Source: Gonapodya sp. JEL0774 (lineage: Eukaryota). Taken from it: a stretch of DNA of 64,000 nt. The notes under the pieces are model-generated. The model saw only the letters and a list, made by a program, of their open reading frames with translations, was not told the origin of the DNA and ran no database searches. The DNA lies in the NCBI GenBank assembly GCA_027604505.1, contig JADIIX010000093.1, positions 1 through 64,000 on the forward strand, in the 5' to 3' direction. Positions within the stretch are counted from its first letter, which is position 1; each line of letters opens with the position of its first letter. Below are positions 11,916 through 25,495 of this stretch, piece by piece. The position numbers and the translations under genes are program-made.

Positions 11916-14900
11916 ATGTCTCACAACGCCCGGCTGGCTCGTGATTTCGCGGGGGTGGTGAAGGGAATCGACCCCGGCGAGCGACCAGCGACGGTAGAGG
12001 AGCTCAAGGACCTGTATGTCGACTACAGGGCGTCGCGGAGGGAGCAGATTTCCAAGGGGAAATGTGAGTTTTTCACAGAGCTGACAACTCGATAGCACAC
12101 TCCCGCTTCGGACCTCGAAAACGTCATCTGTGCAGTTCCGGCCGTGAAGCTCGATTCGCCCGGTACGATCGTTTTCAAGCTAAAGGAAATGAGGTGCATT
12201 TACGGAAAGCGCAATGGCCGCTTGCACTACCACAAAACAAACCTGGACGCAATCCCAGACTCCGCCTACCCATACGAGTCCACAATGGCGCAGCACATTG
12301 GCGACCAAACCTCACACTTCATGCGCGTGCGCATCACCTCCCCTCAGAAGCTGTTCAACACCGCCCTTTCGCAGCGTCAGGGGGCGGGAACCGTGGATGG
12401 CGTGCCCGTTATGAGGCCCAACGACCAGCCCTTGACGGTCGTGGGGAATGTCCAGCGGGTGGGCGAGCCCTCGCGGGAGTATGGCTCTTTGTACCTCACG
12501 CGGTTGGAGCCCGTGAATAGGGCGTCGGAGTTTACTGTCACCCCGATGGTGCGAGGCGGGGTGGGAAAGAAGATGGAGTTGAGGGATCGAATTGAGTTCA
12601 GTGTGACTTGTGCCCCGAAGCATGTTGGGATGCTCCGGCTCTAGTGAGTGTCGGGGAACAATGTGGGGAAAGGAGAGGTTAACCGCACTGGGCATAAGCG
12701 CGACGCGCTTCCCAAGGCGTCCACCGGAGGTGAATGATCCGCGAATGACAAAACACTCAACGCACCATGGAGGGGAATCTCTCAATGCTCGTGTGGGAGC
12801 GTGCGTGGCCGGTGGACTCACATCCCGTTCCACCCTTCCCGCCCAGTCTGATATTCGAATTCGAATGCGAGCGGCGGAACGGCCATCATCGAGAAACCGT
12901 TGTCAACAAGCACGTCGAGAAAATTATGTTCTCGGTTGTAGATGCCGCGACGGCTGCCAACCTCGCCGAATTCGCCCACATACTCATGCCGGTGGCGCCC
13001 TACGTGAGGAAGCAGAAGAAGGTGCAGGACGAGCCGGTGGAGATTGTGGAGGGCGTGAGGCCTCCAAGGTGGGTTGCGGGCAGACTCGTAAATCGTTCCG
13101 GTTGTCACAGGAGCAATGTGACGTTGTGACCTCCTGCCACAGACCAAACCGTGCCGCCTTCGTCAACGCGCTTCCGTTCTATGACGTCCCTCCCAGTATC
13201 AGGTCACAACTTGCCGCGCCATCAAGCCACGCCCAGCGTGCGAAAATTATTCCCAAGTTGTCCCACACGTCCTTCACGGATCATTTTTCGGTCCTTCTGC
13301 ACGTTGAAAACATTCAAATGGACGAAGACATCCGGAATTACGATATGGAGGCCGCAGAACTTCGAGGGGGTTCCATGTTGGAGTTGAAAGTACCTGGGTT
13401 GGCCGACAAGCGACCATCCGTGCTGTATGGGGACCGGGTATACGCAACCAAGCTGCAGAGCGCGGATCGTCGGAAGTACGTTGGATACGTGCACAGTGTG
13501 GAAAAGGACGGAGTTCTCCTCCGCTTTGCACCGCAGTTCCACCAGGCGTTTATTCCCGGAATGAAGTGAGTCCAGCAGAGAATAAAGTTACGCGTTGCAT
13601 TATCTTTACCTATCTGGAGTTCAGATTTGCAATCCAGTTCACCTTCTCCCGCACTTCCATCCGCCGATGCCATCGCGCGCTGGACCTCCTCAAGTCGTTT
13701 TCGACACTCGCAGGTCCTTCCGCCACTGCCCTCCTCTTTCCGAGCGCAATGGACGCCCTCACGTCTTCGGTGACCGAGATGACGATATCGCCTGCCCAGC
13801 AGCGGTTGTCGACGGAGGCAGCACGGTCGATCGCAACGGCTGGGCTCAACCAAGAGCAGGAGATGGCGGTGGAGCGGATCGTAAGAAGGAGTCATGGTGA
13901 CGTGCCGTTTGTAGTGTTTGGACGTGAGTGCGTTGGAGGACATCTTGTGTGCGGTCGGTGGTGTTCTGAAGAAAACATGATGAATTAGCACCTGGCACCG
14001 GCAAAACGCGAACAATTGTTGAAGCGATTATTGCTGTTGCCAAGAACAAACCAGGGATCAAAATTCTTGCTATGGCACCTTCAAATAGGTACGTTGGTGC
14101 TGTGTTTCTCCATTACATTACATTACAGATAACAATTTAGATAATTTTATACCCCAATCGTCCACAAAGCGCCGCCGACCTCATCGTCCAGCGACTCAAA
14201 TCCCACTTCTCCAGATCCCAGATGTTTCGGCTCAACGCGTACCAGCGGCCCAAGGCAGATTGCCCCGACGACGTAATGAATTACTCGAAATACATCAAAG
14301 CCAGCGGGCATTTCGATATGCCGCCCATAGCTCAGCTGGCGTTGTACCAGATCATCGTGTGTACGTTTATTTCGGCGGCGTGGCTTCACGACGTGGGGGT
14401 GGGCAGTCGCGCACGCCATTTTGAGTTCATTTGTGTCGATGAGGTAGGTACTCAAATACCGCAAGTTTTGTTTTGAGCGGTTTGTGTTTCCTCATCAATG
14501 CTTCCGACGCCAGGCTGGACACGCTACAGAGCCTGAGTTTTGGTGCGCCGTCACACCATTCCTCCCGCACTCCCCCTCCCACCAGCGTGAGACGCCTGTT
14601 GGCCAAAAGTTCCCCCAAATTGTCATCGCGGGGGACCCCAAGCAGCTCGGGCCCGTTATCAGAAGCCCGTTGGCTACGAGTGAAGGTCTCGGGATATCGT
14701 ACCTGGAGCGCCTTACGAGTACTTGCGGTGCGTACCAGCACAAGGGCGCGAATGCGGATGCTGGGGCATACATGTATCCCAACTGTATCGTCAAATTGGT
14801 GAGCGTGCTTTAATCTCGGAAAGTCATCTATGATGTGATTTTGATCAATTCCCTCTCTTCGATGTTAGTTGAAGAACTACCGAAGCCATCCAGCGATTTT

Positions 14901-16088
14901 ACGAATCCCCAACGAACGCTTTTACGGAGGGGAGCTTCAACCTTTCGCCGACGTTTCCAGTAAGTCATACACAATGTTTCGTTCGTATGGACAGTTATAA
15001 CCCCAGTCGCGCACTTCAACCACTTTCAGTGCGGGAATCCTTGTGTAACTGGTCAAAACTGCCAGTTCGGGGAACACCAATACTCTTCCATGCGCTCAAG
15101 GGCCAGGACTACCAAGAGCAATCATCCCCGTGAGTGCATTGACCATGGTTCCGCGAATTGGAAATAACCCCCTCCATCTTTCTTCCACTCCGCAGCTCGT
15201 GGTTCAATCCCATGGAAGCTACGCAAGTGTTTAACTACGTGGAGGCATTGAAAACGGATGGTCGCCGACTGGGGATCGATTTGTCCCAAGTTGGAGTCAT
15301 CACACCTTACAACAAGCAGGTAGAGTCGTCTTTGCGTCTTCTTCTTGCGACCCTCCCGGTGTTTAGTTGTGTTCACATTTTCCAAAGGTTCAGAAAATAA
15401 AGACACTGCTTCAAGCGAAAGGGTGCCCTTGCGAAGTGGGGAGTGTTGAGAAATTTCAAGGCCAAGAAAGGAGAGTCATTATCATCAGGTGGGTTTTATG
15501 TATGCTGCATTGTAACAAAAGTATGTGTCGCGTGTGTACAGGTTTATTTCCGCTGTGAATTCAGTACTGTCCGATCCAACGTGGAATACATCTCTCACGA
15601 TCTTAAGTTCAATCTCGGTGAGCGCAAAGCCTCTGCGCTTTCCAAATTGTCCATCAGACTGATTACATATCTCTCGTTCAGGATTTCTCCGAAACCCAAA
15701 GCGCTTCAACGTCGCGGTCACTCGCGCGCAAGCCCTCCTCATTGTCATCGGTGATCCAGACGTCCTCTGTCACGACGCCCACTGGAACGCTTTGATCAGA
15801 CACTGCCACGAACTGGGAGCGTACATTGGACCGGCTCCCCCACCACCAAGTGACGAAAGCAATGGCGTCCTGTCGACAACAGCTCAAGAGAGTCAAGAAC
15901 TTCGCATTGTGGCGAAAGCGCTCGCCTCCATGGGATTGGCGGCGGCTGCCAGCGATGCTTCGAGGACTGTGGAAATCGGAGCAGTGCAAACCACTTTTAT
16001 TGGGAACCGTGCAGATGAAGCCCAAGACCACGAAGAAGTCGCATACATTGCAACATCGGAGAGAGAGTGGGGATCATTTGAGAGGTAG
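11916..16088 (+). CDS. MOV10: UPF1-like SF1 RNA helicase, MOV10/SDE3/Armitage family
   Basis: LKVPGLADKRPSVLYGD, spliced motif I FG|PPGTGKT, APSNSAADL, DE|AGHATEPE, AGDPKQLGP, KNYRSHP, SWFNPMEA, GVITPYNKQ, VGSVEKFQGQER, STVRS and NPKRFNVAVTRAQALLIVIGDP. Confidence 0.9.
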
Positions 16089-17481
16089 AAGCATCCGGGT
16101 TCGGCTCCATCTCGCTTTCTATTTCAAGAAGCATTTAGAACCCGTCCATGAGAAAATATCGTGATTGTTTGAATCGCCGCCTACGGTTTTCGATTGTTCC
16201 AATATAGTACCGTTTTACCGATCGATCACGTCGACTCTAACAAGAAACGCACCACCGACAAGTAACAACACCAAAGCAACATTTTCGGAGTTTCTGTCTA
16301 GCGAGCGATATTCGGACAACGAGTTGTCTTGATCGAAAAAGTTCACAACTCGTGGAATGATGAAAATTCAGTCCCGATGACTCGATCACTTTGATGTGTG
16401 TTTGCGCAAGGGGGCGCCCGTTCTCGTCGCTGAAACGAAGTGCTCCACGGTTGTAGGAAAAGGTAGAACAACTACAGGTGTACAAAAGCATGCGAACGGG
16501 CTTCCACATCACTGTGACTGAACTTTCCCGGAGCGGTATTCCCGCTGCTGTGAAGCGTCACCTTAACGGAAGAAGTGGTGGGGGGAAAGCCAAAACACTA
16601 TATTAGCTGGATGCAATATTCCAGGCGGAGCCCCTTTGTCTTTGTTTAATGGATGCCAGGTATCTACAAAAGAATCAAACGAGAAACATGGCTGGAACGC
16701 CGATCCCGGTCGATGCGTGGAATCCACAGACTACAAAAATTAGCTGGTACTAATATTGAGCAATAATTGTGCTTGTAATAATTTATGATGGAGCGGTGGC
16801 AAGGGCGCTCAGCTCCCGTTTTGGATAGATAGACATGCTCGCCGCAAGCCACACACACAGACCGGGCATAATATGGCACTCACTTTGTCCTCAAACCCGA
16901 CAACCCCAGTGACCCTGTCACCGCAAACCAAAGAATCCTTCCAGTCAATCCCCGCTTCCGTTACCAACTCCGAATTCCATCTTCTTCTCCTCAAAACGCT
17001 CTCGTGAGTTGTCCAGAAACCCGGCCAAGCGTCCTCCGCTCCACTGTCGAAAGTCCACAAAGGCGGTAGCACCGCCGATAGGAGTCTGCCGTTGCTCAGC
17101 TCAGAACCATCCCCGGAAACTCAAAGCAAAACGAAGCACGAGATACTTCTTACACACACCATTGCTATGTGGGCAATTGTCACCGGGATTTTGCCAAGGC
17201 AGCGACCTGTTTGGAGGTCGTCTGAGTTTTGTGGGGATGAAGGGTCACGAACCCCCGCATATAAAGTGGGAAATACGAGAATCCAGTGATTTGAAATTGA
17301 TCTTCGTGATTCCTGTAGGTGACCCTTAATCTAGCCAAGCTCCAGCTTGACCGACTGCAAGAAACTGTGATTTATGTCTCTGGCTAGTGGACGACACTCA
17401 GCGAACTCCAGAAAGAGAAGCAGTGATTATCAAGCGTGAGTCTGTAACAGAGGTCAAAACACCGTATTCGAACCTTCTCAG

Positions 17482-19378
17482 ACGATCCGACTCGGCTTTC
17501 TCTTGTGCAAACCAAACCGAACAGGCTTCAACACGTCCACAACTCGACCTCGTTTGACCCCACGCAGAACAACAATCAAAGTCGGGCTTTTCTTGACATC
17601 ACTGTGCCTCCACCAGTATCCCCTGCAACACCTACTACGTTCGCTGCTGGCATTCCGACGCCTCGATCTGCCAACTCCCCTTCCTTCAAGCCAATAATGA
17701 CGTCCGCCAGCAACACCGCTTCTCACCAATCCCCGCATCCAGGTCGCCGGCAAACCCAACTTGACGTCCTCGTGGACGCGGCAGCGTCGTTTTCTCCACT
17801 CGCTCCCGCCGCGGACAACTTTTCACATCAGCGCCGTCCCTCGCCCGGTGGTCCTCCCGAACAACCAACCAAGTACATATGGCACACATCGCAGCCACCC
17901 CCTGCGCCACCTCGTGCTTCCTCTTCCTCCATATACCGCCATATGGACCTACCGCCATCACCCAAACGGTCCCGTACCGACTGGGGAAACCATACATCGA
18001 CCCCAGTCTCTGCATCTGCTGACGTTGAGATGCCCGCTGCTGAGCCTCGATCTGGATCCTCCCAAAATTTTACCCTCAACCAATCAGCGTCTCAGGGCTC
18101 TCTGTCCTCCAACGATGACGGAGAGACCAACAGCGGTTCCCACTCACTTGTTTCGCGGTCAGGATCACGCCGCAACGTCCGTGGACTATCAATATTGACC
18201 TCAAACATCACTACTACATCCACAGTTGCTCCGGTGCCAGGTACCGTTCCCAACCACGGTGGCGCGCCGCCTGCTGATGCCGCTCCTCCCAGACCGTCGA
18301 TCACCCCGCAACCCCAATCCGCTGTTTTTCCGTATCCATTGTCACAACCCCGCTCTGCCGGCCCGCCTCCCTCAGGTCCACCATCTTCGTACCCCTCTGC
18401 TGACCCATCTCACGTATCACGCCGTTACCTCGTGCCATCCGAATCCGGGAAGCTGCCCACGACCGTCCTACTAATGTCTCCAATATCCGCCACACCAGGT
18501 GGTGGTCCGGGCGGGTACACATACCCATTTGCCAACCCGAATGCCTCTTCACCATTTCCCGGCTTCACTGGCCTGCCAGCTTCCCCGTATCCAATGTCTG
18601 CACACCCTAGTCCATTGCCGCCTTCCACGCCCGTCACTACGGGACAGTCACTACAGCACCATCCGACGCGGTATCTTGTCATCACAGCACCAACGGCTCC
18701 CGTGGATTCCTCTAACCCGGCCGGGTCACCTCCTCACCCAATCACGCCGTCAGCGTACTACCTGCCACCACAAGCCATGGCCACCAGCCCGTCGGTCCCA
18801 TTTGGTGCGCGTTTGGTGGCGCATCCTGTCCCTCCGAGCTCCAGGTCCCCTCGATCTCCCATGGCTATCGGATCGACGAGCGTCGCGATCGCACCCAAGC
18901 CTTTGTCCCAAGGGGAACTGCCTCCCAAAGAACAGGTGCTTGCTGCAGTGGAAGCACTCTATGAGACGCACGCCGGGCTGAAGAGGGCAAGGGAGGAGGT
19001 CGAAGAGCTGGTGAGTGTTTTAACCCTTCCTTTTGTTGATGCGACGTGCCGGGGTATTGAGCCGCCATCTATGTCCCACAGCTCCGCTCCGCGCGCACCT
19101 CACTGTCCACAGACCCGTCATCGACAGCCGCGAATACCGTCGCCAGCTTATCCTCAACGCTCGCTGCCCAGGTCGATGCGCGCTTCAATACCCTCTCGAC
19201 CGATCTGTGGACGCGAGTCCAAGGCGCGCTCGGGGAGGTGAATAATCGATTGAGAGCACTAGAAAGACGGGGATCTGCGAGTGTTCAGAACGGGAGCTCA
19301 CTGAGGGTGGAAGTCGGGAGTACCAGCCACGAGGGAGACATGGAAGTTGAGAATGGACAGGATGTCAAGGTTGAGTGA
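17482..19378 (+). CDS. Pro/Ser-rich disordered protein with C-terminal coiled coil; 5' end uncertain
   Basis: Open exon of more than 500 codons, intron about 19011-19081, then a helical tail ending at TGA 19376-19378. No family recognised. Confidence 0.6.
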
Positions 19379-19645
19379 TCAAAGGAGCCGGGACTTGAAG
19401 AGTTCATAAGTGCATGGGGAGTGGGAGGCGGGGCGTTTTAGTGTTCACGTCATGCCATTGATTGATACGATACTTAGGCAATTGAATCGGAACATTGCTG
19501 CATAATCGCAGCTACTTCTTCTAAAATTGTACAATACCAAATTCCTTGTTTCAACTTCCTCCACTATACAAACACAATTGTAGTCGAATAGATTGTCCTG
19601 ATCAACTTAGAAGCACCGTTCGCCCCTCCGCCGATAAACCCATTT

Positions 19646-21671
19646 CTATTCCACATCTCTCACAGTACTTCTGCCCACAGCTTGACCTCTCCGTCCTTGT
19701 ACTGGTCCCGAAAATCCGTTGCGGTTCCCAGTAGTCGGGATTTGACGCTCAGGAGGAGTCTCATCCAGATGCGGCCGATATCTCAACCAACCCATTCTTG
19801 GACCGGTGCGAGCCCTCTCGGACATCCGAAAACCGAAAACTTTGGGTTGATACGCAAAAAGGTCCCCGGTGGCGGGCGCAAAGGTCACTGTCTGGCCGGC
19901 GTTTGGGCCACCCGTAATGACGCTTGCGGTCGCCACTGACGATGTGATCTGTCCAGATCTTCGCCGTGCCGGGCCAGACAGTGACCTTTGCGCAGCTTCA
20001 GCTCCCGAATCTGAGTCCGACGTTGCCCTTCCTGATCTCCCTTGCGCTGCCGGTGCTACAGAGACACTTTGCACGTGTCCCGACAATTCACTTGGTGTCA
20101 AGCCCTGCGCACGGACCTGGACTGTGCCGGCCAAGGCGGGAGAAGAGCGGCGGGAGGATTCGGGTAAAACGATAGAGTCGGGGGCCACGAGTTCAGGATA
20201 GGTGAGGAATAGAAGGTGGGGAAATGTGGGCCCGAAAGATGCACCATCAACGGTGTGGTACTTTGCCTATTTTAGTTGTTTGGTGAGCAAATGATTGTTG
20301 AGGAGAACTCAAAGGTTCGCGAATTATTGCACACACCTCCTTGGGAGTGTAAACATCTCCACACCTCGGGCACCATGTCTTTACTGCTTCCACTCCAGCT
20401 GCCTCGTTCCTCCCTAGAGGTACCACGTTAGCCCCGCGACACATGACTCTCGGGCAGGTTCCGAATTCCCCGTTTGCGTAGCGCTCGGCCATAGTGGCAA
20501 GACCGGGTTTGGTTAGGAGGTATCGAGCATGAACCAGAGAATACAGGAGCGAGGCAGAGTAGTCAACAGCCGAGGTAGGTGGTCGGCTCGTTGACGGGGC
20601 AGTGTTGGTCGGGTGCGGTGCAGGGCTCATGGAGGCTGAGCGGGAGCCATCAGGAAGGATGGTGGTAGGAGGTGTGGGAGGTCGGCCATCCGTTTCTAGT
20701 TCCAGATAGGGTTTCACAATGGCGCGAAAGTACAGGGGAATGAGAGGTCAACTCGGGCAAGTTTGATATCACAATACCTGCAAGACATCACGTAATTGCA
20801 CTCACCTCCGTCTGCGCTCCCATCCTCAACCTCCAGATCTAATACCATATCCAGAGCTTCGTTATAATGAGGCACGATGGCATTGAGTCCACAAAGGTTG
20901 AAATCGTCCTCAATGAAATCTTCGGGGACTTCAATGAAAAAGTCGTGACCTAGCCAGTGGTAGATACGGCAGGAGCGCAGATTACATTCAAAAATGCATG
21001 GTACGCGTCGGAGTGGAATTGCCAAGGAGGGTAAGTTTCAACCGGCCAGTTCATGCGGTGAAGGCCAAACACTGTCGGTACGAACCGGGCAAAGTGCAGA
21101 ACCAGCTAATCCATGAAATGGCTGACGAGGTTCCAGACGAACCGGATGAGGCGAATGACTCTGAGGAGACTGAATGAAAAGTCGCGTCAGTTGATTTTGA
21201 TCCGTGACAAACTTATCATCGAGGGACCGTTCAATGGTGAACAAAGGAGAGACTTGAGTCCGATAGCATGATTTGAATCGCGTAAGGGCCAGCAATACGT
21301 CGTCGACTACTCCCTCCACAATTGCTGTTTTGTTTTCGCCCGTCAACCATCCCGTTGCCATTGACGTATCGTCGTGACTATTGTGAAAAGACCATACTCA
21401 TCGCACAATCGAAAGAAAGAGTTAACCGAATGAAAACCCTTTCCATAATTGCCATTTGATCGAAACAGGCCGAGGAATCAACTCAACTTCTACTCGAATT
21501 CAACTCACGCTCCTGATCATCCTCCTGGACATCATCATCGTTCACATCATCGTTTTCATCTTCCAGGTCGTCCTGTTCTCCGTCTCCATCTCCGTTTCTC
21601 GCGGCTTCCTCGTCTCGGTCGTGCGTCTCTCTAATATTGTTCTCTTCACGATCCCGGTTGAGTCGGGACAT
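19646..21671 (-). CDS. CKB1: Casein kinase II regulatory subunit beta (fungal Ckb1 type)
   Basis: [70 protein letters not shown] and YQPKVFGF. Confidence 0.95.
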
Positions 21672-23525
21672 GGAACTGCCGAGCCACAGGCGAAAAGTAA
21701 GGTGACTCTGGTTTTGGAAATCGAATTGCGTCCAGGGAGAGGAACAGTTCTGGGGGAAATCCTGCGTTGGGCCGAGGAGGAAGTTGGAACATGGACTCAA
21801 TCAAAACCCCGCACAGGTAAAATCAAACTAGTTCCCACGGCAATCCCACTCGAGCCTTGCTCTCCGAAGATTGCGGCGACAGCTGTGTTGTTTGCGGCGC
21901 GAGCGAGATTGGATGCGAATGGTGGGAGTGGTTTCAAGCAACCAGCCAAACTCCACGCATATGCGGAGTCTGTTGAGACGATCCGATGTCTTGCACATCA
22001 TCCAACCAAAAGCGCTGAGAAACGAGATTCACTAAGCGAGGAAATTCCTGTCTATGGCATTTCTTTGAACCCTCTGACTGTTGTGGTCCGTTCACGAGAA
22101 CTTCGTACTCTCATGAGTATCCCTGTTGCTTGCAGTTCACAAGAGACAATTTACGCTTCCATTGCTTTCTTCTACAATTCTTTCGTATTTGCAAAGAAAT
22201 TTTTTGATTCCGGAGATTTGGATTCCATCCGTATCGGAGCAAGTGATCAACGCTAAACTATGTTTCTGAAGCATGTCCCGATGGCGCGGACACGCACCAT
22301 TACTGTCGACATATCAACTGTAGTCGACCACGGAGTAAAAAGGCCCAGACGCGCATTGTGAGGAAACGTTCAAATGGTCGGGTTCTGGCAGTCTAATATG
22401 CCTCCTTTTCTCCTTGACAACCCCTTCCCGCTATCGGGGGTTTGTTGCGTCCGGTTTATCCTCCGCTCTCGCAAGCGGGGGTGCCAGATAATGGATTGTG
22501 CCATTGAGCCAATCTCAACGCTTCAGATTATCAATAGAGCAATTCATTCACCTCGACCCTTCGTGCCCGGAACGTAAATCCGTTTCTACCGAAATGCAAT
22601 CGCAGGCTGTTAGCTGAAAGCACCAGGTACTCGACCAATCGCACGAACAGAGGACAGCTCATTTTCAGCCGTTATTCCATGCACATAGAGTCTGGAACGC
22701 GGCCCTGCACGCCACACCACTGTGCTGTTCCAACCTTCACTCGAAACCCCAGGCCACCTCCAATACGACCATCAAGAGGCAAATTCAGCTTCCAAGAGAA
22801 CTGTGCTTTCATGAAGCATAAAGGTACCCCGCATAAACAGACTTTGTGATAACGTACGTACCTTACGTCATGACTACATCATATAGAAGCGTCCCACTGC
22901 CCTGAGACTGAGCCAGGGAGTTGGATGCCGCACACGAGAGGAACGACGTTTTCGTTCATACATACACAGATCCAGGTTTGCGCTCTAACCCAAGTGCAGA
23001 TTTGACCTTGGAGCGCGGCTTTGCGGTACCAGCGTAGGTAGAAGCCAATCAGCGTCTTCTCTTTGTTAGCAGTTGCAGCATTCGGTCTGCAGAAGCTCTT
23101 CACTAAAATCACCAAACGATCTGATTTTGCAGCGCAGAAACGATTATCTTCACAGAGTTGATCTCAATTTAGCTTTGGGGATCCGCGCGATTAGTTTATG
23201 TGCCCGAGATAACACACCAGCCGCACAAAACAATGAACAACACGACAATCAGAAAACGAGTGTAAGGTACAAAACCTCAAATACAAATTATATCTAGTGA
23301 ATCGCTGAAAACGCAAAGCTGTATTGCGCAAAAGGGAGTTTATTATGGAGTTCCAGCTCGGTCACACAACCTCATCGTGGTGTTATATTGCAACCTTGAA
23401 AGCCCCTGGCCCTCAAAAAGACGGTTCTCCAGCCATCGGCGAGCGATAAACCGGTAAACCCTCCCTCAGGAAGCCACTTACGAAATACTGCCTGTTACAG
23501 CAAGTTTATCGCGCACTTCATCTGA

Positions 23526-24727
23526 ATGGCAACGAGAAAACGAGCATCTACAGCGTCTATCGGGAGTGATGACAACATCCGTCCCTCCAAGTTTCCCCGC
23601 ACATCCGCGAAATCAAAAGACTCCAGCGACGAGTCAGAGAGCGCTTCGGCTCCACCTTCATCGAAGCTTCAGGCTCAGAGGGAGAAAAATAAGGCTGCAC
23701 AGAAGGTGTGTTCGTGAGTCGACGTGATTGCGGGGTGGTAAAATGGCCGTCCATGCATCTACATCTGGGAACATATTATTTGAGAGCCTAATTATCATCG
23801 TCTGGATTGATGCGCCAGTGAATGATTGCTGATCAAATCCCTCGTTCAATGTCCCTTCCCAAAACCGCCGCTCCTAACGTCCATCAGGCGTGGCGTCTTC
23901 GAAAGCGCACTGAGCTCGAAGATATCCGTGCTGCTGGCGCTGTAACACAACAGCGAGTTCGCAGTCTCGAAATCGAGAATGTCGCCCTCCGAGAGCGAAA
24001 CAAGAGCCTCGAGGCCCAGCTGGAACTTGTGAAGGCTATGGTCGGTGCCAGTGGGACTGCGCAGGATCATGTGGGGTTCATTTCATCGATGATGGGCGTG
24101 TCATCGCCAATGGCGCTGTCCCCTGCGGCCACCTTCACGGACAACGGCCTTTCGGATCAAATCTCAACATACTCGTCAGAAGAGGATCAAACATCACGAT
24201 CTTCAGCAAAAGTCCCTTCTCTGAGCTCCGATGGCCAATCTTTCATCGAAAGTCTCCTGATCGACGATCCGAGCTCCCCGTGGAGTGACGATCGCGCCGA
24301 GGATTACCAAAAGTCGACGGTCATCCATAATCTCGAGCGGGAATCCCCGAACCTCCACAAACTTCCAGAAGGTAATTGCAGGAGGGACTGCTCGGATGAT
24401 GTTCACAGGAGCTGCCAAGTGAGTGTTCGACACCATTGATCTCGGCCGATTTGCAAACTCCATTTCAACAATTCACGGTCATCCCCCCTCTCGCTCAAGA
24501 ATCCCAGAGTGTCGGCAATTTGCGACGCAACAGATTCCGACGAGATTCGCAACCTCCTGTTGTTGCCGTCATCGACTGGTGAGCACGGTCTCCCAAATCT
24601 GTCAACTGATATTTCAACATCGTCACCAATAGCGATCAATTGTTCCTCTTCCTTCACAGAGCATCCAAAGCTCCTTGCAGCGTGGTTGGATCTACCTCCC
24701 GTGGACCAGCTAACGTTCACTATCTGA
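23526..24727 (+). CDS. bZIP transcription factor
   Basis: Basic region QREKNKAAQK|AWRLRKR is joined across intron 23706-23888. A heptad zipper follows (VRSLEIENVALRERNKSLEAQLELVK). A second intron at 24420-24499 keeps the frame to stop 24727. Confidence 0.8.
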
Positions 24728-25495
24728 GTGTTCGAAAGTGCAATTGCGTTCCACCACAATCATTAGATTCCTCCATGTTGATATTTGAGGCATTGAATTT
24801 CGCGTCATGTTCTTCTTGTCTAATCCATCGTAATAGGGAGAATGGCATGTGTGATCATATATAGTTATAGGAACAAGCTTGTCAGTGCATTCTGGTGATT
24901 CAGGAGAACCGGGACCTCGAAGATGGATGGACAGAGAGATACACCATCGTACTCTATGTTTGAAACACCTCGTTAGCAGCGCACTAGTCTCAAAATGGCA
25001 CGCAATATGTCGCACCAAAATCCACGTCGTTCTCTCATCAGCGTAAAAAAGTAGCTTAGCTATTCTATATTTGTTTGTTAGTACAGTACAAGTGGCGTCA
25101 CGCGCGGTACACTGTATCTGTGGGACACGGTCGCTTTAATATTGGCGGGAGTCCCGTGGTGGCGGGCGCCGGAGGTGTAAGCAGTATCCTTGCCCGAGAC
25201 CACATGCGCAACGCACAAAAGACTTGCGAAACAAGTGTGGGAGTTATGTTCACAGGCCTTTCAGCAGCTGATCAAGTGTCTCCCTGATCGAACATAATGA
25301 GGAGTGCTGATTATGTACCGAGAACGAGAGAGCTTTGACTTAATGAATTCTTCCTTTGTACGATCTCATTATCACAGAGTAATGGGAAGTCCAGAATCTG
25401 CAGAGGTTGTGAAAATGGACCTGGTCAAGGCGTGGCGCAGCTGAGGAGAACAAATTGTTAAGGCAACAGAGCCGTCTACCATCATCCACAAACCC

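Noticed and set aside
21456..22256. 266-aa + strand ORF
   Set aside because: It is largely antisense to the acidic first exon and promoter of CKB1, with no protein-like features.
25082..25116. TACAGT...ACTGTA resembling Tc1/mariner ends
   Set aside because: Only a 6-bp inverted match over 35 bp, which is expected by chance.
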